DNA from: an uncultured Verrucomicrobiae bacterium
GTDB lineage: Bacteria > Verrucomicrobiota > Verrucomicrobiia > Opitutales > JABDGR01
Length of the DNA stretch: 64,000 nucleotides
Assembly (NCBI GenBank): GCA_963765205.1
Contig: CAVXVB010000005.1
Span: 192,001 to 256,000, forward strand
Direction: 5' to 3'
This document shows, one piece after another, positions 47,603 through 59,833 of the stretch (positions are counted from its first letter, which is position 1; the number at the start of each line of letters is the position of its first letter). A program made the translations under genes and the position numbers. The notes under the pieces are model-generated. The model was not told the DNA's origin, did not search any database, and saw only the letters and a list, made by a program, of their open reading frames with translations.

Positions 47603-49911
47603 ATGCGCCCCGCGGCGCTTCACCCCATGTTTAGCGCAAGGTCAACCCGACTGCTCGCCGTTTTGCTGGGTTTGGCGTTCAGTGGCGCGGCTCTCGACGC
47701 GCAAACCGGCGCTCCCGCCCAATCCGCGGCCACTGCTCCGGCCCAGGCCGCGGCAACCACACCGCCCACCACCGGCAATCAAACCGCCGCGCCCACTTCC
47801 GACACCAACGCTGCGCCGTTGGTCTCGGGCACGGAGACTACCACCACGCCAACGTCCGCGACGACGAACGGCACCACGGTGCTGCCGGAAATCACCGTGA
47901 CCGGGCGGCAGGACAGTCTGATCGGGATCGCCGACTCGGCCACGCAGGGCACCGTCGGCGCGCCGGAACTGGCCGACCGGCCCCTCCTGCGCACGGGGGA
48001 AATCCTCGAAACCGTCCCCGGCGTCATCATCACCCAACACGCGGGCGGCGGCAAAGCGAACCAGTATTTCCTGCGCGGCTTCAATCTGGATCATGGCACT
48101 GACTTTGCCACGGATCTTGAGGGGATGCCGCTCAACCTGCCGACGCACGCCCATGGCCAGGGATATTCGGACCTGAACATCGTGATCCCGGAATTGATTG
48201 ACACGATCAATTACGAGAAAGGCCCATATTACGCCGCCAACGGCGATTTTTCCACGGTGGGCGCGGCGCACTTGGTGTTCGCCGACACGTTGCCGGAAGG
48301 CATCTTCAAGATCGCAGGCGGCACCGACGACTATGGGCGGACGCTGGTGGCCGACTCGCTGCCCTTCGCCTCGGGCAACTTGCTCTACGGCGCGGAGGTC
48401 TTCCACGAAAACGGCCCCTGGGCGGTGCCGGACGATTATCTGCGCTTCAACGGCCTGCTCAAATACAGCACGGGCGATGATATGCTTGGCTCCAGCGTCA
48501 TCGCGATGGCCTACCACGGGAAATGGAATTCGACCGACCAAATAGCGGAAAACGCCGTCAGCACGGGGCTGATCCCCTTCTACGGTTCGCTGAGTCCGAC
48601 GGATGGCGGCAATTCGCAGCGTTACAGCCTCCAGGCCGAATGGCACAACGAAAACGCGGACACCGCGACCCACCTCATGGCCTACGCCTTCTATTACGAC
48701 CTCGATTTGTTTTCCGATTTCACCTATTATCTCGAATCCCCCCAGGGCGACCAGTTCGAGCAGCAGGACGGGCGGAAAGTCTTCGGCCTGAAGGGCAGCC
48801 AGACGTTCTACGGCAAATTGGCGGGCCGCGACATGGAAAACACCTTCGGCCTGCAATTCCAAAACTCGTGGATTGACACCGGCCTCTACCAAACGGTGGA
48901 CGACGTGCGCACGGACAAGGTTGACTATCTGGGCAACCCCATTCCAGCCATCACCAAGGTGGATGTCACGACCGAAACCTCGCTCGGCCTCTATTACGAC
49001 AACAAGGTGCAATGGGCGGAGAAATTCCGCAGCGAATTGGGGTTTCGCGAGGACATTTACGATGTCAGCGTGAACGACTACACAAATTCGGCAAATTCCG
49101 GCCATCAGATTGCGACGCTGCCCAGCCCGAAGCTCAGCCTTATTTTTGGGCCGTGGGACAAGACGGAGTTTTACACGCAGGCCGGCTTTGGTTTCCACAG
49201 CAACGACGCACGCGCGACCACCGCCACCGTCAACCCGGACGGTTCCTCCGTCGGCACCAACCTGCCCTTGCTGGTGCATGCCTATGGCGGGGAAGTCGGC
49301 GTGCGCACGTCCGCGGTGCCGCATTTGCAAAGCACGTTGTCGGTTTGGTATCTGCACAACAACTCCGAATTATACTTCGATGGCATTGACGCGGACAGTG
49401 GCGACACCACAGCCTCGCAGCAATCCACGCATCGCTACGGCGTCGAATGGGCCAACTACTACACACCGGTGAAAGGGGTCACCTTCGACCTGGATTTGGC
49501 GGATTCCTGGGCCTACTTCGATTCGCCCACCACGGCGGCCGAGGACATCACCCCTGGGGGCTCGCTGGTGGCCGAGGCCATTCACGAATCCGCCTCCGGT
49601 GGCGTGACTGCGCATCAGGACGACGGCTGGTCGGAGAGCTTGCGGCTCCGCTTTTTGGCCCCCGCCCGTTGGATTCGACCGGCAGCGCCGAATCCAACCC
49701 CACCCTGATCGTCAATGGGCAAGTCAGCTACCAATTCAACCCGCACTGCGAACTTACCCTCGAAGCCCTCAACCTGCTCGACCGCCACGACCACGAAATT
49801 GATTATTACTACGAATCGCAAATCACGCCTTCGTCCGCGCCCTCCAATCAAATCACTTTTCACCCGGTCGAGCCGATTGAACTGCGTCTCGCGTTGACCG
49901 TGTATTTTTAG
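47603..49911 (+). CDS. TonB-dependent receptor with one missing T in the T-run near 49655
   Basis: Signal peptide, EITVTG TonB box, plug GGKANQYFLRGFNLDHGTDF...THAHGQGY; tail FGPRPL...NLLD...ELRLALTVYF is in the shifted frame and ends in Phe. Confidence 0.9.
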
Positions 49912-49962
49912 GGTCGAGCAGTTGCCGGATTACTGGCGCCGCCACCCATCGGCAGGCTGCCG

Positions 49963-50499
49963 TTACATGCGCGGTAGGTCCACGCTTGCCTCGACCTGTT
50001 TGCCACCCACGAGGTAATCCCGGTGATCGTTGGTTTCGAGCCGGAGCGTCAGGGTATGCGCGCCCGCCGGCACGTCCGCGGCGCTGATATACACCCATTC
50101 GCCATAGGCCCGTCCGATCATTTTGCCATCCACCAGAATGTGCCCATGTCCTTCGCCCGGCACGTTGGCGCTGCCCGCGTGCTCACCGGAAAAGGTGAAA
50201 TTCTTGACCATGATGTGGAGGTTCCAGCCGCCTTCCGCATCGGGCGTCAACTTGATGGTGACCGCCGGCGTCGGCAGCGACGCAGGCACTGCATAGGGCG
50301 CGCCCATTTGCATGGCGCCGGCGCCCATGGCGGGAGCAGGCGCAGCCATGCTATTGGTCATCGGCATCGCCGGCTGCGGCATCGGCATGGACTGGTCAGC
50401 CGCCCATACTTCCACCGGGTGCGCCCCGGTGAAAAAGGCGGCGAGGCCGCCGAAAAGCATCCATCCCACCAATCGGGCATTTTGTGCGAGGTTTTTCAT
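49963..50499 (-). CDS. Exported Met/His-rich putative metal-binding protein
   Basis: Signal-like N-terminus, Met/Pro-rich stretch, GEGHGHILVDG, LETNDH. Confidence 0.78.
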   Translation of the reverse strand: MKNLAQNARLVGWMLFGGLAAFFTGAHPVEVWAADQSMPMPQPAMPMTNSMAAPAPAMGAGAMQMGAPYAVPASLPTPAVTIKLTPDAEGGWNLHIMVKNFTFSGEHAGSANVPGEGHGHILVDGKMIGRAYGEWVYISAADVPAGAHTLTLRLETNDHRDYLVGGKQVEASVDLPRM

Positions 50500-50585
50500 G
50501 GTTCTTTCTTCTTTATTATTAGATCGAGGCTGTCAAGTCGGGCACAAGCATGGCCGCCAACCCAAAAGCAAGGCCCTTGGCCCGC

Positions 50586-52787
50586 TCAAAAGCTGCAGCC
50601 GACGGAGCCGAAAATCCCACGGCGCTCGCCGAATTGGGCGGCGTTGACCCCGATGCCGGAGCCGCTGCGCAATTCGTAAACTCGATCCAATAGGTTGACG
50701 AGATCAAGTCGGATATTCCACTGCGGGCCGGCGGCGGCTTTGATGTCATACTCCGCGCCGATGTTCAGGGTATAGTAAGAGGGCACATGGGAGCCGTTGG
50801 GGATGACGGAGCCGTTGGCCAACACCTCGTCTTCGCGCAGACCGCTGCCAAATAGCACATCCGTGTAAACCATGGTTTTCCCATCCGTGCGTTTCCAGGT
50901 GTAGGAAGCACCGGTGGACCCGGTCAGGGTCTGGTCGTGGTCCATATAAATCCAGTGGTCCTGGATGTAGGCCAGGTCGGCGGGGTCAATTTGGAACTGG
51001 GCGGAGTTGATATTTTCGCCCTTGGCCACGGAAAAAGCCCCGTTGGCATAGGTCGCAAAGCCGCCGTTGGTGTAACTGGTGGTCGCTTCCACGCCGTAAA
51101 TCCGGCCCTTCTGGTAGTTGAAGGCGGAAGGAATCAGCGTTTGGCCAAAAAAACCGTCGTCGAGTTGGTCTTTGGCAACTTTGTAGTAGCCATCCAGGCC
51201 CACCTGCCATTGCGGGGTCAGCTTGTGGGTGACGCCCGCGTCAAAATAATCGGCTCGCTCCGCCTTGATCGTGTCGTCTTGCGTGACCGGCGATTCGTTG
51301 GACGTGCCGTTGAAGAGGGTCACGCTGGAGGGATTGACGGACTCCAGCGGCGGCGGCGTGAAATAGCGCGCATAGCCCGCGTGCAACGTGGTGTCGTTGC
51401 TCAATTTATAGATGGCGTTGAGGCGCGGGCTGAGCTGGCTCTCGTGGTCGGCGGAAGCGTAGAGGTCCGCGCGGAAGCCGTAATTGAGCGTGAGCTTGGG
51501 CGTAATTTTCCATTCATCCTGCGCGTAGAAGCCGTAAAATTGCGCGTCCAGCGTGTGATTGTCCACAATCGGGAAGGGAGCGCCGACGGGATTGTCCGCG
51601 CCATCGAGTTCATAAACCGTCGTGGTGGTGTCGGTTGGCGCGATTTCCTCCTGCAGCATCAGGCCGGCCCGCAGCGTGTGGTTGTCGTTGAGCTGGTAGC
51701 TCGTGTCCTCCTGCAAGCCGGTCGAGTAGAGTTGCCGGTCCACCTGGCTGGCCACGCCGTTGAGGTAAAGATCGCCAACCGAGTCGGGGTTAAAATTTAT
51801 GGAGCCGTAACGGCCAAAAACCGCGACTTGCATATCCAGGTTGCCGGCGGATTTTTGATAGGCCCCGATGGCGTAAAAATTCCGTTCGTCTTGCGTCTCG
51901 TTCAAGGTGGAGGAATCAAACGCGCCCGGCCAGGGCGCCCCGCCTGGCGCGGTGCCCGCCGGCTGGCCCGGCGCGTCGGGAATCTGGAAATTGCCGCCCG
52001 AGGCGCCAACCATGCCGGTGACCTTGCTGGTGTCGCTCAAAACATACGAGACGTAGGAGAAGGCGTGGAATTGGTCCGTCTCGTCATGGATGGCCGTGGC
52101 GCTGGGCGTGGGATTTTCGAGGCCGAGGTCATTGTGGTCATAGCTGCCTTCGAAGTAATAGTTGAGCTTCCCTTCGGAGCCGCCGTATTCAAAGGAGGGC
52201 CGCACGGTGTCGTAGCTGCCGCCGTAAAACGAGACATCGCCGCCCTGGTCAAAGGCGCCGGTTTTGGTCTGGATGTCCACGATGCCGGCGGTGCGAAAGC
52301 CGTATTGCGCTGGCAGCGAACCGGTGATGAGCTGCAGGCTGTCCACGAACCGCGGGTCGAGTTCCTGCCCGAAGCCCCCGGGAATGCCCTCGGGCAGCAG
52401 CACGTCGTTGATGCGGTATTGCAGGTTGGCGTGCTCGCCCCGCAGATGCACCTGGCCGCCCCAGTCCTCGGCCATGCCCGGCGTGCGCAACAGGACTTGG
52501 TCAAACGGAGCGTCGGCCCCCTCCGGTTCCGTTTCGATTTGATCCTTGGTCACGGTATAGGTCGTCGCCCCCAAACTGGACACAATTTCGCTGCGCGCCT
52601 CGTTGAGCATGCCGATGACGGTGATGTTGCCGAGGTCGGCGGGCGTGGGCGCGGGTGCAGTCGCATTGCCGGAAGCCGGCGCGGACGCGGAACCGGCGGC
52701 GGGCGCGGTGGTTTGGGCGCGCCCGGCGAGAAAACCCGGGAGCAGCAGAAGGACGGCGAATTTGCGGGAGCGATGGCGGGGGAGCAT
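50586..52787 (-). CDS. TonB-dependent receptor
   Basis: Signal peptide, plug HLRGEHANLQYRIN...GSLPAQYG, SPRL, NLLD, C-terminal Phe. Confidence 0.92.
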   Translation of the reverse strand: MLPRHRSRKFAVLLLLPGFLAGRAQTTAPAAGSASAPASGNATAPAPTPADLGNITVIGMLNEARSEIVSSLGATTYTVTKDQIETEPEGADAPFDQVLLRTPGMAEDWGGQVHLRGEHANLQYRINDVLLPEGIPGGFGQELDPRFVDSLQLITGSLPAQYGFRTAGIVDIQTKTGAFDQGGDVSFYGGSYDTVRPSFEYGGSEGKLNYYFEGSYDHNDLGLENPTPSATAIHDETDQFHAFSYVSYVLSDTSKVTGMVGASGGNFQIPDAPGQPAGTAPGGAPWPGAFDSSTLNETQDERNFYAIGAYQKSAGNLDMQVAVFGRYGSINFNPDSVGDLYLNGVASQVDRQLYSTGLQEDTSYQLNDNHTLRAGLMLQEEIAPTDTTTTVYELDGADNPVGAPFPIVDNHTLDAQFYGFYAQDEWKITPKLTLNYGFRADLYASADHESQLSPRLNAIYKLSNDTTLHAGYARYFTPPPLESVNPSSVTLFNGTSNESPVTQDDTIKAERADYFDAGVTHKLTPQWQVGLDGYYKVAKDQLDDGFFGQTLIPSAFNYQKGRIYGVEATTSYTNGGFATYANGAFSVAKGENINSAQFQIDPADLAYIQDHWIYMDHDQTLTGSTGASYTWKRTDGKTMVYTDVLFGSGLREDEVLANGSVIPNGSHVPSYYTLNIGAEYDIKAAAGPQWNIRLDLVNLLDRVYELRSGSGIGVNAAQFGERRGIFGSVGCSF

Positions 52788-52813
52788 AAAATTCCCGCGA
52801 AAATGTTGCTAAC

Positions 52814-52845
52814 GCAAAACTATTGCAAGAACAAAATTTACGCAA
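52814..52845 (-). promoter_or_regulatory. Sigma70-like promoter with an inverted repeat over the -10 box
   Basis: Minus strand TTGCGT-N17-TAGTTT; GCAA-N5-TTGC at 52814-52826. Confidence 0.5.
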
Positions 52846-52907
52846 TTATTCGCTTTAATTTCCGGATGAAAGCCCGCCGCCCGCCCACCCGCCCTCTTCT
52901 TGCAACT

Positions 52908-55900
52908 TTACGGCGCCGGCTCGACCACCAGGCGCAGGAAGACCGTGCCGTTGGCCGGGATGGCGATGCTGGCGGAGAATTGCTCGGTCTGCTGGTTGGG
53001 GTCGGCCAGTTGCACCACCGCGCCGTTGGGCAGCGTTTGCCACGTCACCAAATCATAGGAGTATTGCGCGACCAACTGGACGCCGGTGAGGCCGATCAGC
53101 TGGTTGTATTGCAACACGAGGCAGGGTGCATTGTTGACCGTTTGCACCGAAAGCGCGGGCAAGTCGCCCGGCGCGGGCGTGGCGCCGACATTCATCGCAT
53201 AGCGCACGAGGTTGGGGAGCGTGTCGTTGAAGGGCTGCGCGTTCGGCAGCGCGCTCGCGCCCGCCAAGTTCAACGCCGCGGCCCAGGTGAGATAGCCCGC
53301 CGGCACAACGTAAAGCGTCGCCGCGGCGGACGTGACGACGGAGCTGACGCCGTTGCCCGCCACACACTGGAACTGGCTGCCGCTTTCCGCCGTGGTGGTG
53401 TTGCTGACGGTCAGAGTCGAAGTGTTTGATCCGGTGAAGTTGACGCCATCGTCGGTGAGGTTGGCCCACGTCGAACTGCCGGGGGCGAGGATCTGCCACT
53501 GATAGGAAATCGTGTCCGGCACGCCCGCCGCGACGACGGTGAATTCCGCGCTGCCGCCGGCGGCCACCAATTGGTTGCCCGGCGGCGTGATGAAGCTGGG
53601 CGGCGTGTCGAGCAACATCACGGCGGCATTCGAGGTGGCGTTGCCGAGCAGGTTGCTCGCCACGCACTCGAATTGGTCGCCATTCATGGCCGCCGTCGCG
53701 GCATTGATGGTCAGGCTCGCAGTGGCCGAGCCGTTGTAAGTTGCATCATCCGTCAGATTGGCCCAGACACTCCCGCCGCTAGGCAGGATTTGCCATTGTA
53801 AAGTCGGCGCGGGCACCCCGCTGACCACTACGGAGAATTCCACATTGTCACCCGCATTGAAATCCTGATTCGTTGGCTGCGCCGTGAAGGCCGGCAGCGA
53901 AACCACTGTCAGCGTAACGGGGTTGGACGTGACGTTGCCAGCCGCATTGCTGACAAAAACCTGGAATTGGTCGCCGTTCATGGCCGCCGTGGTGTCATTG
54001 ACGGTGAGATTAGCCGTGGCCGAGCCATTATAGGTTGTATTATCGGTGAGGTTCTCCCAAGTGTTGCCGCCGCCAGCCAGAATTTGCCATTGGACTGTTG
54101 GCGACGGGACGCCGCTGGCCGCGACGCTGAAGGTGGCGTTGCTCCCGACCTCGACCGTCGTGTTGGCCGGGGGCGTGGTAATCGCCGGAGGCGACTGCAC
54201 GCTCAACGTAACGGTATTCGAGGTGACGTTGCCCACCGCGTTGCTGATGAGGCACTGGAACTGAGCGCCGTTCATGGCTGAAGTCGTGGCGTTGATGGTC
54301 AGGTTCGCCGTGGCCGAGCCGTTGTAAGTCGCGTTATCGGTGAGGTTGGCCCAGATGCTGCCCCCGCTGGACAAATACTGCCATTGGTAGGTGGGCGCCG
54401 GCACGCCGGTGGCCGTGACGCTAAAGGTGGCGTTGCTTCCGACCTCGACTGTCGTGTTGGCCGGCGGCGTGGAGATGGCCGGCAGCGTATTGAGGAGCAT
54501 CACCGCGGTATTCGAGGTGATGTTGCCGAGCAGGTTGCTCGCCACGCATTGGAATTGGTCGCCATTCATATCCGCAGTCGCGCTGTTGATGGTCAGCATC
54601 ACGGTGGCTGAGCCATTATAGGTCGCGTCATCCGTCAAGTTGGCCCAAACGCTGCCGCCGCTGGGCAGGCGCTGCCATTGCAGGGTCGGCGCGGGCACCC
54701 CGCTGACCACCACATTTAACACCACATTATCACCCGTGTTGTAATCCTGATCCGCCGGCTGCGTGGTGAAGACCGGCGGCGACTGCACCGTGAGGGTGAC
54801 GATGTTGGAAGTGAGGTTGCCGAAATTGTTGCTGATGAGGGCGCGGAATTGGTTGCCGTTCATCGCGGAGGTCGTCGCGTTGATCGTCAAGTTGGCCGTG
54901 GCCGAACCGTGGTAAGTTGCATTATCGGTGAGGTTGGCCCAGACGCTGCCGCCGCTGATTAGGATCTGCCACAAGATCGTTGGCGTAGGTATGCCGGTGT
55001 CTGCCACACTGAACGTGGCCGGGCCGCCCACCGTCACCGTCTCATTCGCGGGCTGGCTGGTGAAAGCCGGCGCTTCTGCCTGGACCGTCAGCGTCGCGGT
55101 GTTCGAGGTGACATTGCCGGCCGCGTTGCTGACGACGCACTGAAACTCGTCGCCGTTCATGGCAGCCGTGGTGTCGTTGATGGTCAGGTTGGCCGTCGCC
55201 GAGCCGTTGTAGGTGTCATCATCAGTCAAATTGGCCCACGTGTCACCGCCGCTGGGCAGCACCTGCCATTGGTAGGTGGGCGTCGGCACACCCGTGGCGG
55301 ACACGCTGAATTCCGCGGAATTGCCGGCGATAACAGTGGCATTGGCGGGCTGGTTTTGGATGCTGGGCGCGGCCGCCAACTGCGCCAGGCGGATGGTGTC
55401 GTTATACGTATCGGCAATATAAAGATTGCCCGAGCCGGCCACGGCCAAACCGTAGGGCTGGTTGAAAGTGGCCGCGCTGCCCACGCCGTTGGCGCTGCCC
55501 TCGACACCCGGCGAACCCGCCAGCGTCGTCACCACGCCCGCGGGCGTGATTTTGCGGATGGCGTTGTTGTTGGTGTCGGCCACGTAGAGGTTGCCCCCGC
55601 TGTCTATGGCGATGCCACTGGGGAAATTGAATCGTGCAGTCGTGCCCGTGCCATCGGCCACCCCTTGATACGGCGGGTTTCCAGCGAAGGTCGTGACCGT
55701 CCCGGTCGGCGTGATTTTGCGGATGGCGTTGTTGTTCGAGTCGGCCACGTAAACATTGCCGCCCGAATCCACGCAGACCTCCGACGGAAAATTGAAAGTG
55801 GCGCTCGTGCCATTGCCGTCGGCATAGCCCGCCACATCGGCCTGCCCCGCCAGCGTTGTCACGCTGCCCGCCGGGGTGATTTTGCGGATGAGGTCGTTCT

Positions 55901-58868
55901 CCGTGTCGGCCACATACACGTTCCCGCCGGAGTCCACCGCCACGCCTTCCGGAAAGTCGAACGACGCGGCTTCCCCGCTTCCATTGCGGCTGCCCGACTC
56001 GCCAGAACTTGAGCCGGCGAAAGTGGTTACATTGCCTGCGGGGGTGATCTTGCGGATGGCGTTGTTGGTCGAGTCGGCCACATACATATTCCCGCCTGCG
56101 TCAAACGCGACCGCTTTTACTGCGTCAAACCGCGCCTCCGTCGTGGTGCCGTTCATATAGCCGGCATCCGTAATGCTGGCCGTGGCGCTTGCGCCGGAAC
56201 CGCCGCCGCCAGACAGGGTCACGTTCGGAGCCGAGGTGTAGAAATTGCCGGAATTGGTGATGTTGATGCCAGTCACGTCCCCAGGGCCGACGGTGGCCGT
56301 GGCGCTCGCACCCGAGCCAGCGCCATGCCTGCTAGACGACAGAGTCACATTCGGTGCCGAGGTGTAGCCGCCGCCGGGATTGGTGATGGTGATGCCGGTC
56401 ACGGCCCCGCCGCTGACACTGGCCGTCGCCTCCGCGCCGCTGCCTCCGCCACCAGAGAAGGCGACCGTCGGTGCCGAGGTATACCCGCTGCCAGGTTTGG
56501 TGACGTTGATGTTGGTCACCGGCCCGCCGCTAAAGGTGGCCGTCGCCACCGCACCGGTGCCCCCGCCGCCAGAGAGGGTAACCGTCGGTGCCGAAGTGTA
56601 GTTGGAGCCACCGGCGACGAGTGTAATGGTGTTCACCCCGTAGTTGAAGCCGGCGAAGTTGGTGACCTCGCCCGCCGGCGTGATTTTGCGCACACCGTTG
56701 TTCGCAAAGTCGGCGACGTAAACGTTGCCGCCGGAGTCGAGCGCCACTTCGTTCGGGGCGTCGAATTGTGCGGCTGTCCCCATCCCGTTTGCCGTGCCGG
56801 TAACGCCCGCCTGCCCGGCGAAGGTGGATATATAAAATTCCTGGGCCACGACTTCGAGCGTCGCGGCGGGCGTTGTGACATCGCCATTGATAATGCACTG
56901 GAATTGGTCGCCGCTTATCGCTGTCGTCACCGCGTTCACGGACAGCACGGCCGTCGTCACGCCGCTGTAGGTGGCGTTGTTCGTCAGGTTGGCCCAGGTG
57001 GTCGTATTCGCGGCCAGCACTTGCCATTGGAAGGAAGTGGCGTTATGCGTGATGGGACTAAAGAGCGCGTCCTGCCCGGGCGCGACCGTCACGCTTTGCG
57101 GCGCCTCGACCACCGTGGTGAGTTCTTGGAATAAGGCGGGAAAAACTGGGCGGCCAATACCGGTGCACATATCGTAGCCGAGGCCGGCACTGTAGGCGCC
57201 ATTGTTGCCGCTGATGATGTCAGAAAAACAATCGGAACCGAGCAGAGGATAAATCTTGGGGCCGAGCAGTCCAAGCGTGGTGGGTGGGTTGTTGGTGGCA
57301 AGGGCCTGGTTGATCAGCGTGGCAAAGCCCGCCCAGGTCGGCGCGCCCCAACTCGTGCCGCCGATGGTCTCATTGGCACCGTTGATGACAATCAGGCACC
57401 CGGTAGCGGTGTCGGCTGGCGCCGCGACATCCGGCACCATGCGATTCTGGTTCGCCCCCAGCACGCCGGTGCCAGTCTGCCAGACCGGCTTGGCATACAC
57501 CGCGCTCTGGCCGCCGCCCGAAGCACCGAACGCATCATTCCACACGGTTTCGCTGGTGACATTCCCCGTCGTGGTATTCAGCGTGATGTTGGTGCCGCCG
57601 ACGCCCGTCACATTCGGATCGCTGGCCGGGCTTTCCGCACCCGGTGACGAGCCGTCGTCGCCCGAGGACACAAAGACCGTGAGGCCCGCGCTCGCCAATT
57701 GGGCGAAGTCCTGGTCGTCCGTGGCCATGGAGGCCAGGCTGCCCTCGGATCCGCCAATACTGATTGAGACAACGTGGATGCCAAACGCCAGGGTCGTATT
57801 GGTGGCGTCATTGTAAATTTGTTGGTAGGCGGCCACCAAATCCGTGTCGTCGAGGGCCGGAATTGCGTACACCCGAATTTTTGCGGCGGGGGCAATCGAA
57901 CTGCTCCACTCCACATCCAGACTGGCCTCCGTATAATCATCCACAATGCTCGGATCGCTGGCATTGAAGGCCGGCGGGCCGCCGTTGATTTCCTCCTCCG
58001 TAATATTCGCTAGCGACTGGCTGATGTTGCAGGTGGTCCAAAACTGCGTGAGGTCGCTGGTAAAGGGATAGGCCGATATGACGATGGCGATGGTCTGGCC
58101 GGCGCCGGTCTGGCTCAGCGTGTTCGCACCGTAGGCGTGCAGGATGTCACTCGGAATATACGGCACCGCATAGGGCGAGGTCGCCGAATCCGGGCGCGCC
58201 AGCATCGGGTGCTTGCGCAAATGCGGCTGCAGGCCATTGACGCCGATCAACGCCGGGGCCAGTTCCGCGGGCACGCTCGGCGCAGTGATGGCCGAAGTGA
58301 ACTCCGCGCCCTCGTTCGCCACGCGCGCGAAGGAAACCTGGAACGCATCGCGCACCTGCGCCACCGTCCCACGGGCAAAAATGACGAAGCCGCCCGATTC
58401 CGGGCTGAGCGTGAAACCTTGCTGGGTAAGCCAGTTCGCCGTCGCGGCGTAATCCTCCGGCAGCGGCCAGTAGCGCGCGGCCATTTCCGCGGGGTCCATC
58501 GTCTCGCCGTGGGCCAGCCGCGCCTCCAACTCCGCAAAGTTGCGCATTTTCAGGGCGACATTGAAGGTCATCGTCGCATCCAATTCATCCGTCCGCAATT
58601 CCGTGCGTGTGATGCGCGGCCCGGTCGCGCCCGTCTGCGCGTTGGCCGGAACCGCCTTGATGCTGCCGTTCAGCACCGCGCGGCCGCCGCCGCCGTTATC
58701 CGGCGCATCCGCCGCCGCCGCTCCCGGATGCGGCGTCATCCCAAGCAGCGCCACCAGCATGGCCGCGCCGAAACCGCGCACGCCCGACCCCAGCCACCGG
58801 CGCACGCTTGCAGCAACCCCGAAAACTTTCGGCGATAAACATCCCATTTCGTTGGCAGATTTAGACAA
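52908..58868 (-). CDS. Large secreted S53 (sedolisin/kumamolisin) protease with NHL repeats and 8 Ig-like repeats (start may be further downstream)
   Basis: Prodomain, [21 protein letters not shown]; YVADxxNxxIRKI NHL repeats; P-x-P-TYQWQ...FQC Ig repeats. Confidence 0.92.
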   Translation of the reverse strand: MSKSANEMGCLSPKVFGVAASVRRWLGSGVRGFGAAMLVALLGMTPHPGAAAADAPDNGGGGRAVLNGSIKAVPANAQTGATGPRITRTELRTDELDATMTFNVALKMRNFAELEARLAHGETMDPAEMAARYWPLPEDYAATANWLTQQGFTLSPESGGFVIFARGTVAQVRDAFQVSFARVANEGAEFTSAITAPSVPAELAPALIGVNGLQPHLRKHPMLARPDSATSPYAVPYIPSDILHAYGANTLSQTGAGQTIAIVISAYPFTSDLTQFWTTCNISQSLANITEEEINGGPPAFNASDPSIVDDYTEASLDVEWSSSIAPAAKIRVYAIPALDDTDLVAAYQQIYNDATNTTLAFGIHVVSISIGGSEGSLASMATDDQDFAQLASAGLTVFVSSGDDGSSPGAESPASDPNVTGVGGTNITLNTTTGNVTSETVWNDAFGASGGGQSAVYAKPVWQTGTGVLGANQNRMVPDVAAPADTATGCLIVINGANETIGGTSWGAPTWAGFATLINQALATNNPPTTLGLLGPKIYPLLGSDCFSDIISGNNGAYSAGLGYDMCTGIGRPVFPALFQELTTVVEAPQSVTVAPGQDALFSPITHNATSFQWQVLAANTTTWANLTNNATYSGVTTAVLSVNAVTTAISGDQFQCIINGDVTTPAATLEVVAQEFYISTFAGQAGVTGTANGMGTAAQFDAPNEVALDSGGNVYVADFANNGVRKITPAGEVTNFAGFNYGVNTITLVAGGSNYTSAPTVTLSGGGGTGAVATATFSGGPVTNINVTKPGSGYTSAPTVAFSGGGGSGAEATASVSGGAVTGITITNPGGGYTSAPNVTLSSSRHGAGSGASATATVGPGDVTGINITNSGNFYTSAPNVTLSGGGGSGASATASITDAGYMNGTTTEARFDAVKAVAFDAGGNMYVADSTNNAIRKITPAGNVTTFAGSSSGESGSRNGSGEAASFDFPEGVAVDSGGNVYVADTENDLIRKITPAGSVTTLAGQADVAGYADGNGTSATFNFPSEVCVDSGGNVYVADSNNNAIRKITPTGTVTTFAGNPPYQGVADGTGTTARFNFPSGIAIDSGGNLYVADTNNNAIRKITPAGVVTTLAGSPGVEGSANGVGSAATFNQPYGLAVAGSGNLYIADTYNDTIRLAQLAAAPSIQNQPANATVIAGNSAEFSVSATGVPTPTYQWQVLPSGGDTWANLTDDDTYNGSATANLTINDTTAAMNGDEFQCVVSNAAGNVTSNTATLTVQAEAPAFTSQPANETVTVGGPATFSVADTGIPTPTILWQILISGGSVWANLTDNATYHGSATANLTINATTSAMNGNQFRALISNNFGNLTSNIVTLTVQSPPVFTTQPADQDYNTGDNVVLNVVVSGVPAPTLQWQRLPSGGSVWANLTDDATYNGSATVMLTINSATADMNGDQFQCVASNLLGNITSNTAVMLLNTLPAISTPPANTTVEVGSNATFSVTATGVPAPTYQWQYLSSGGSIWANLTDNATYNGSATANLTINATTSAMNGAQFQCLISNAVGNVTSNTVTLSVQSPPAITTPPANTTVEVGSNATFSVAASGVPSPTVQWQILAGGGNTWENLTDNTTYNGSATANLTVNDTTAAMNGDQFQVFVSNAAGNVTSNPVTLTVVSLPAFTAQPTNQDFNAGDNVEFSVVVSGVPAPTLQWQILPSGGSVWANLTDDATYNGSATASLTINAATAAMNGDQFECVASNLLGNATSNAAVMLLDTPPSFITPPGNQLVAAGGSAEFTVVAAGVPDTISYQWQILAPGSSTWANLTDDGVNFTGSNTSTLTVSNTTTAESGSQFQCVAGNGVSSVVTSAAATLYVVPAGYLTWAAALNLAGASALPNAQPFNDTLPNLVRYAMNVGATPAPGDLPALSVQTVNNAPCLVLQYNQLIGLTGVQLVAQYSYDLVTWQTLPNGAVVQLADPNQQTEQFSASIAIPANGTVFLRLVVEPAP

Positions 58869-58992
58869 ACGACACCCGGCGGCGTTCCATTTTTCGGGGC
58901 TTGGCGCACCGGCGTTTTTATTAAAATATAAGCCTATCGCGGCCCGCCTTGCTTTTCAAGGCTAAAGGGCCGTTAAATAAGTGTAAATCCCC

Positions 58993-59733
58993 ATGGAAGC
59001 CGACGCCGTCAAAGACTACTACAACCTGCCGGGTGTCGTCGCGGACTACGCACAGGCCGTCAGCCGCGTCGGGCTGTGGCGCTCGGAGGAAAAGATTTTC
59101 AAACGCCTGTTTCAGCCGGAGCAGACGCTGCTCGAGCTCGGCTGCGGCACCGGTCGCATCGCCTTCGGCCTGTGGGAACTCGGCTACCGGCGCCTCTTGG
59201 GCGTGGACCTCGCGCGCGACATGGTCGAGGAGGCCCGGCGCATCAACCGCGTGCTCGAATACGGCGTCAGCTTCCGCGTGGCCGACGCCGCGCGCCTGCC
59301 GTTTGGCGACGGCGAATTCGACGGCGCAATCTTCGGCTTCAATGGCCTGATGACCATCCCGCGCCGTGACCACCGCCGCGCCGCCCTGCGCGAAATCCGC
59401 CGCGTCACGCGCCCCGGCGCCTGGTTCGCCTTCACCACCCACAACCGCGCCAGCCTTCATTTCCACGACTTTTGGATCGCCGAGGAACAACGCTGGAAAG
59501 AGGGAAAGCAAACGCCCGGCCTCGACGAATTCGGCGACCGCATTATTGAAAGTCCGCATGGCCCGCTCTTCATCCACATCCCGACGCGCGAGGAAATCCT
59601 CGAAGACCTGGCCGCCACCGGCTGGCGTCACGAAGTGGACGCCCTCCGCGCCGAAATCGCCAACGAACCCGAGACCGTCCGCGGCTTCGGCGACGACTGC
59701 ATCTTCTGGGTCGCGCAGAATCCGAAAGCATAA
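58993..59733 (+). CDS. Class I SAM-dependent methyltransferase
   Basis: LLELGCGTGR, VADAARLPFGDGEFD, RVTRPGA. Confidence 0.92.
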   Translation: MEADAVKDYYNLPGVVADYAQAVSRVGLWRSEEKIFKRLFQPEQTLLELGCGTGRIAFGLWELGYRRLLGVDLARDMVEEARRINRVLEYGVSFRVADAARLPFGDGEFDGAIFGFNGLMTIPRRDHRRAALREIRRVTRPGAWFAFTTHNRASLHFHDFWIAEEQRWKEGKQTPGLDEFGDRIIESPHGPLFIHIPTREEILEDLAATGWRHEVDALRAEIANEPETVRGFGDDCIFWVAQNPKA

Positions 59734-59816
59734 AATTTAACCACGGATGACACGGAGAACACGGAGGAAATGTAGTTTCGGGTTGAATTCCCTCCGTGTC
59801 CTCCGTGGTTAAATTT
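59733..59816. repeat. 9-bp-unit hairpin between convergent genes (possible bidirectional terminator)
   Basis: aaatttaaccacggatgacacggagaacacggagg ... cctccgtgtcctccgtggttaaattt. Confidence 0.85.
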
Positions 59817-59833
59817 CTGGGTTTAATATCTCG

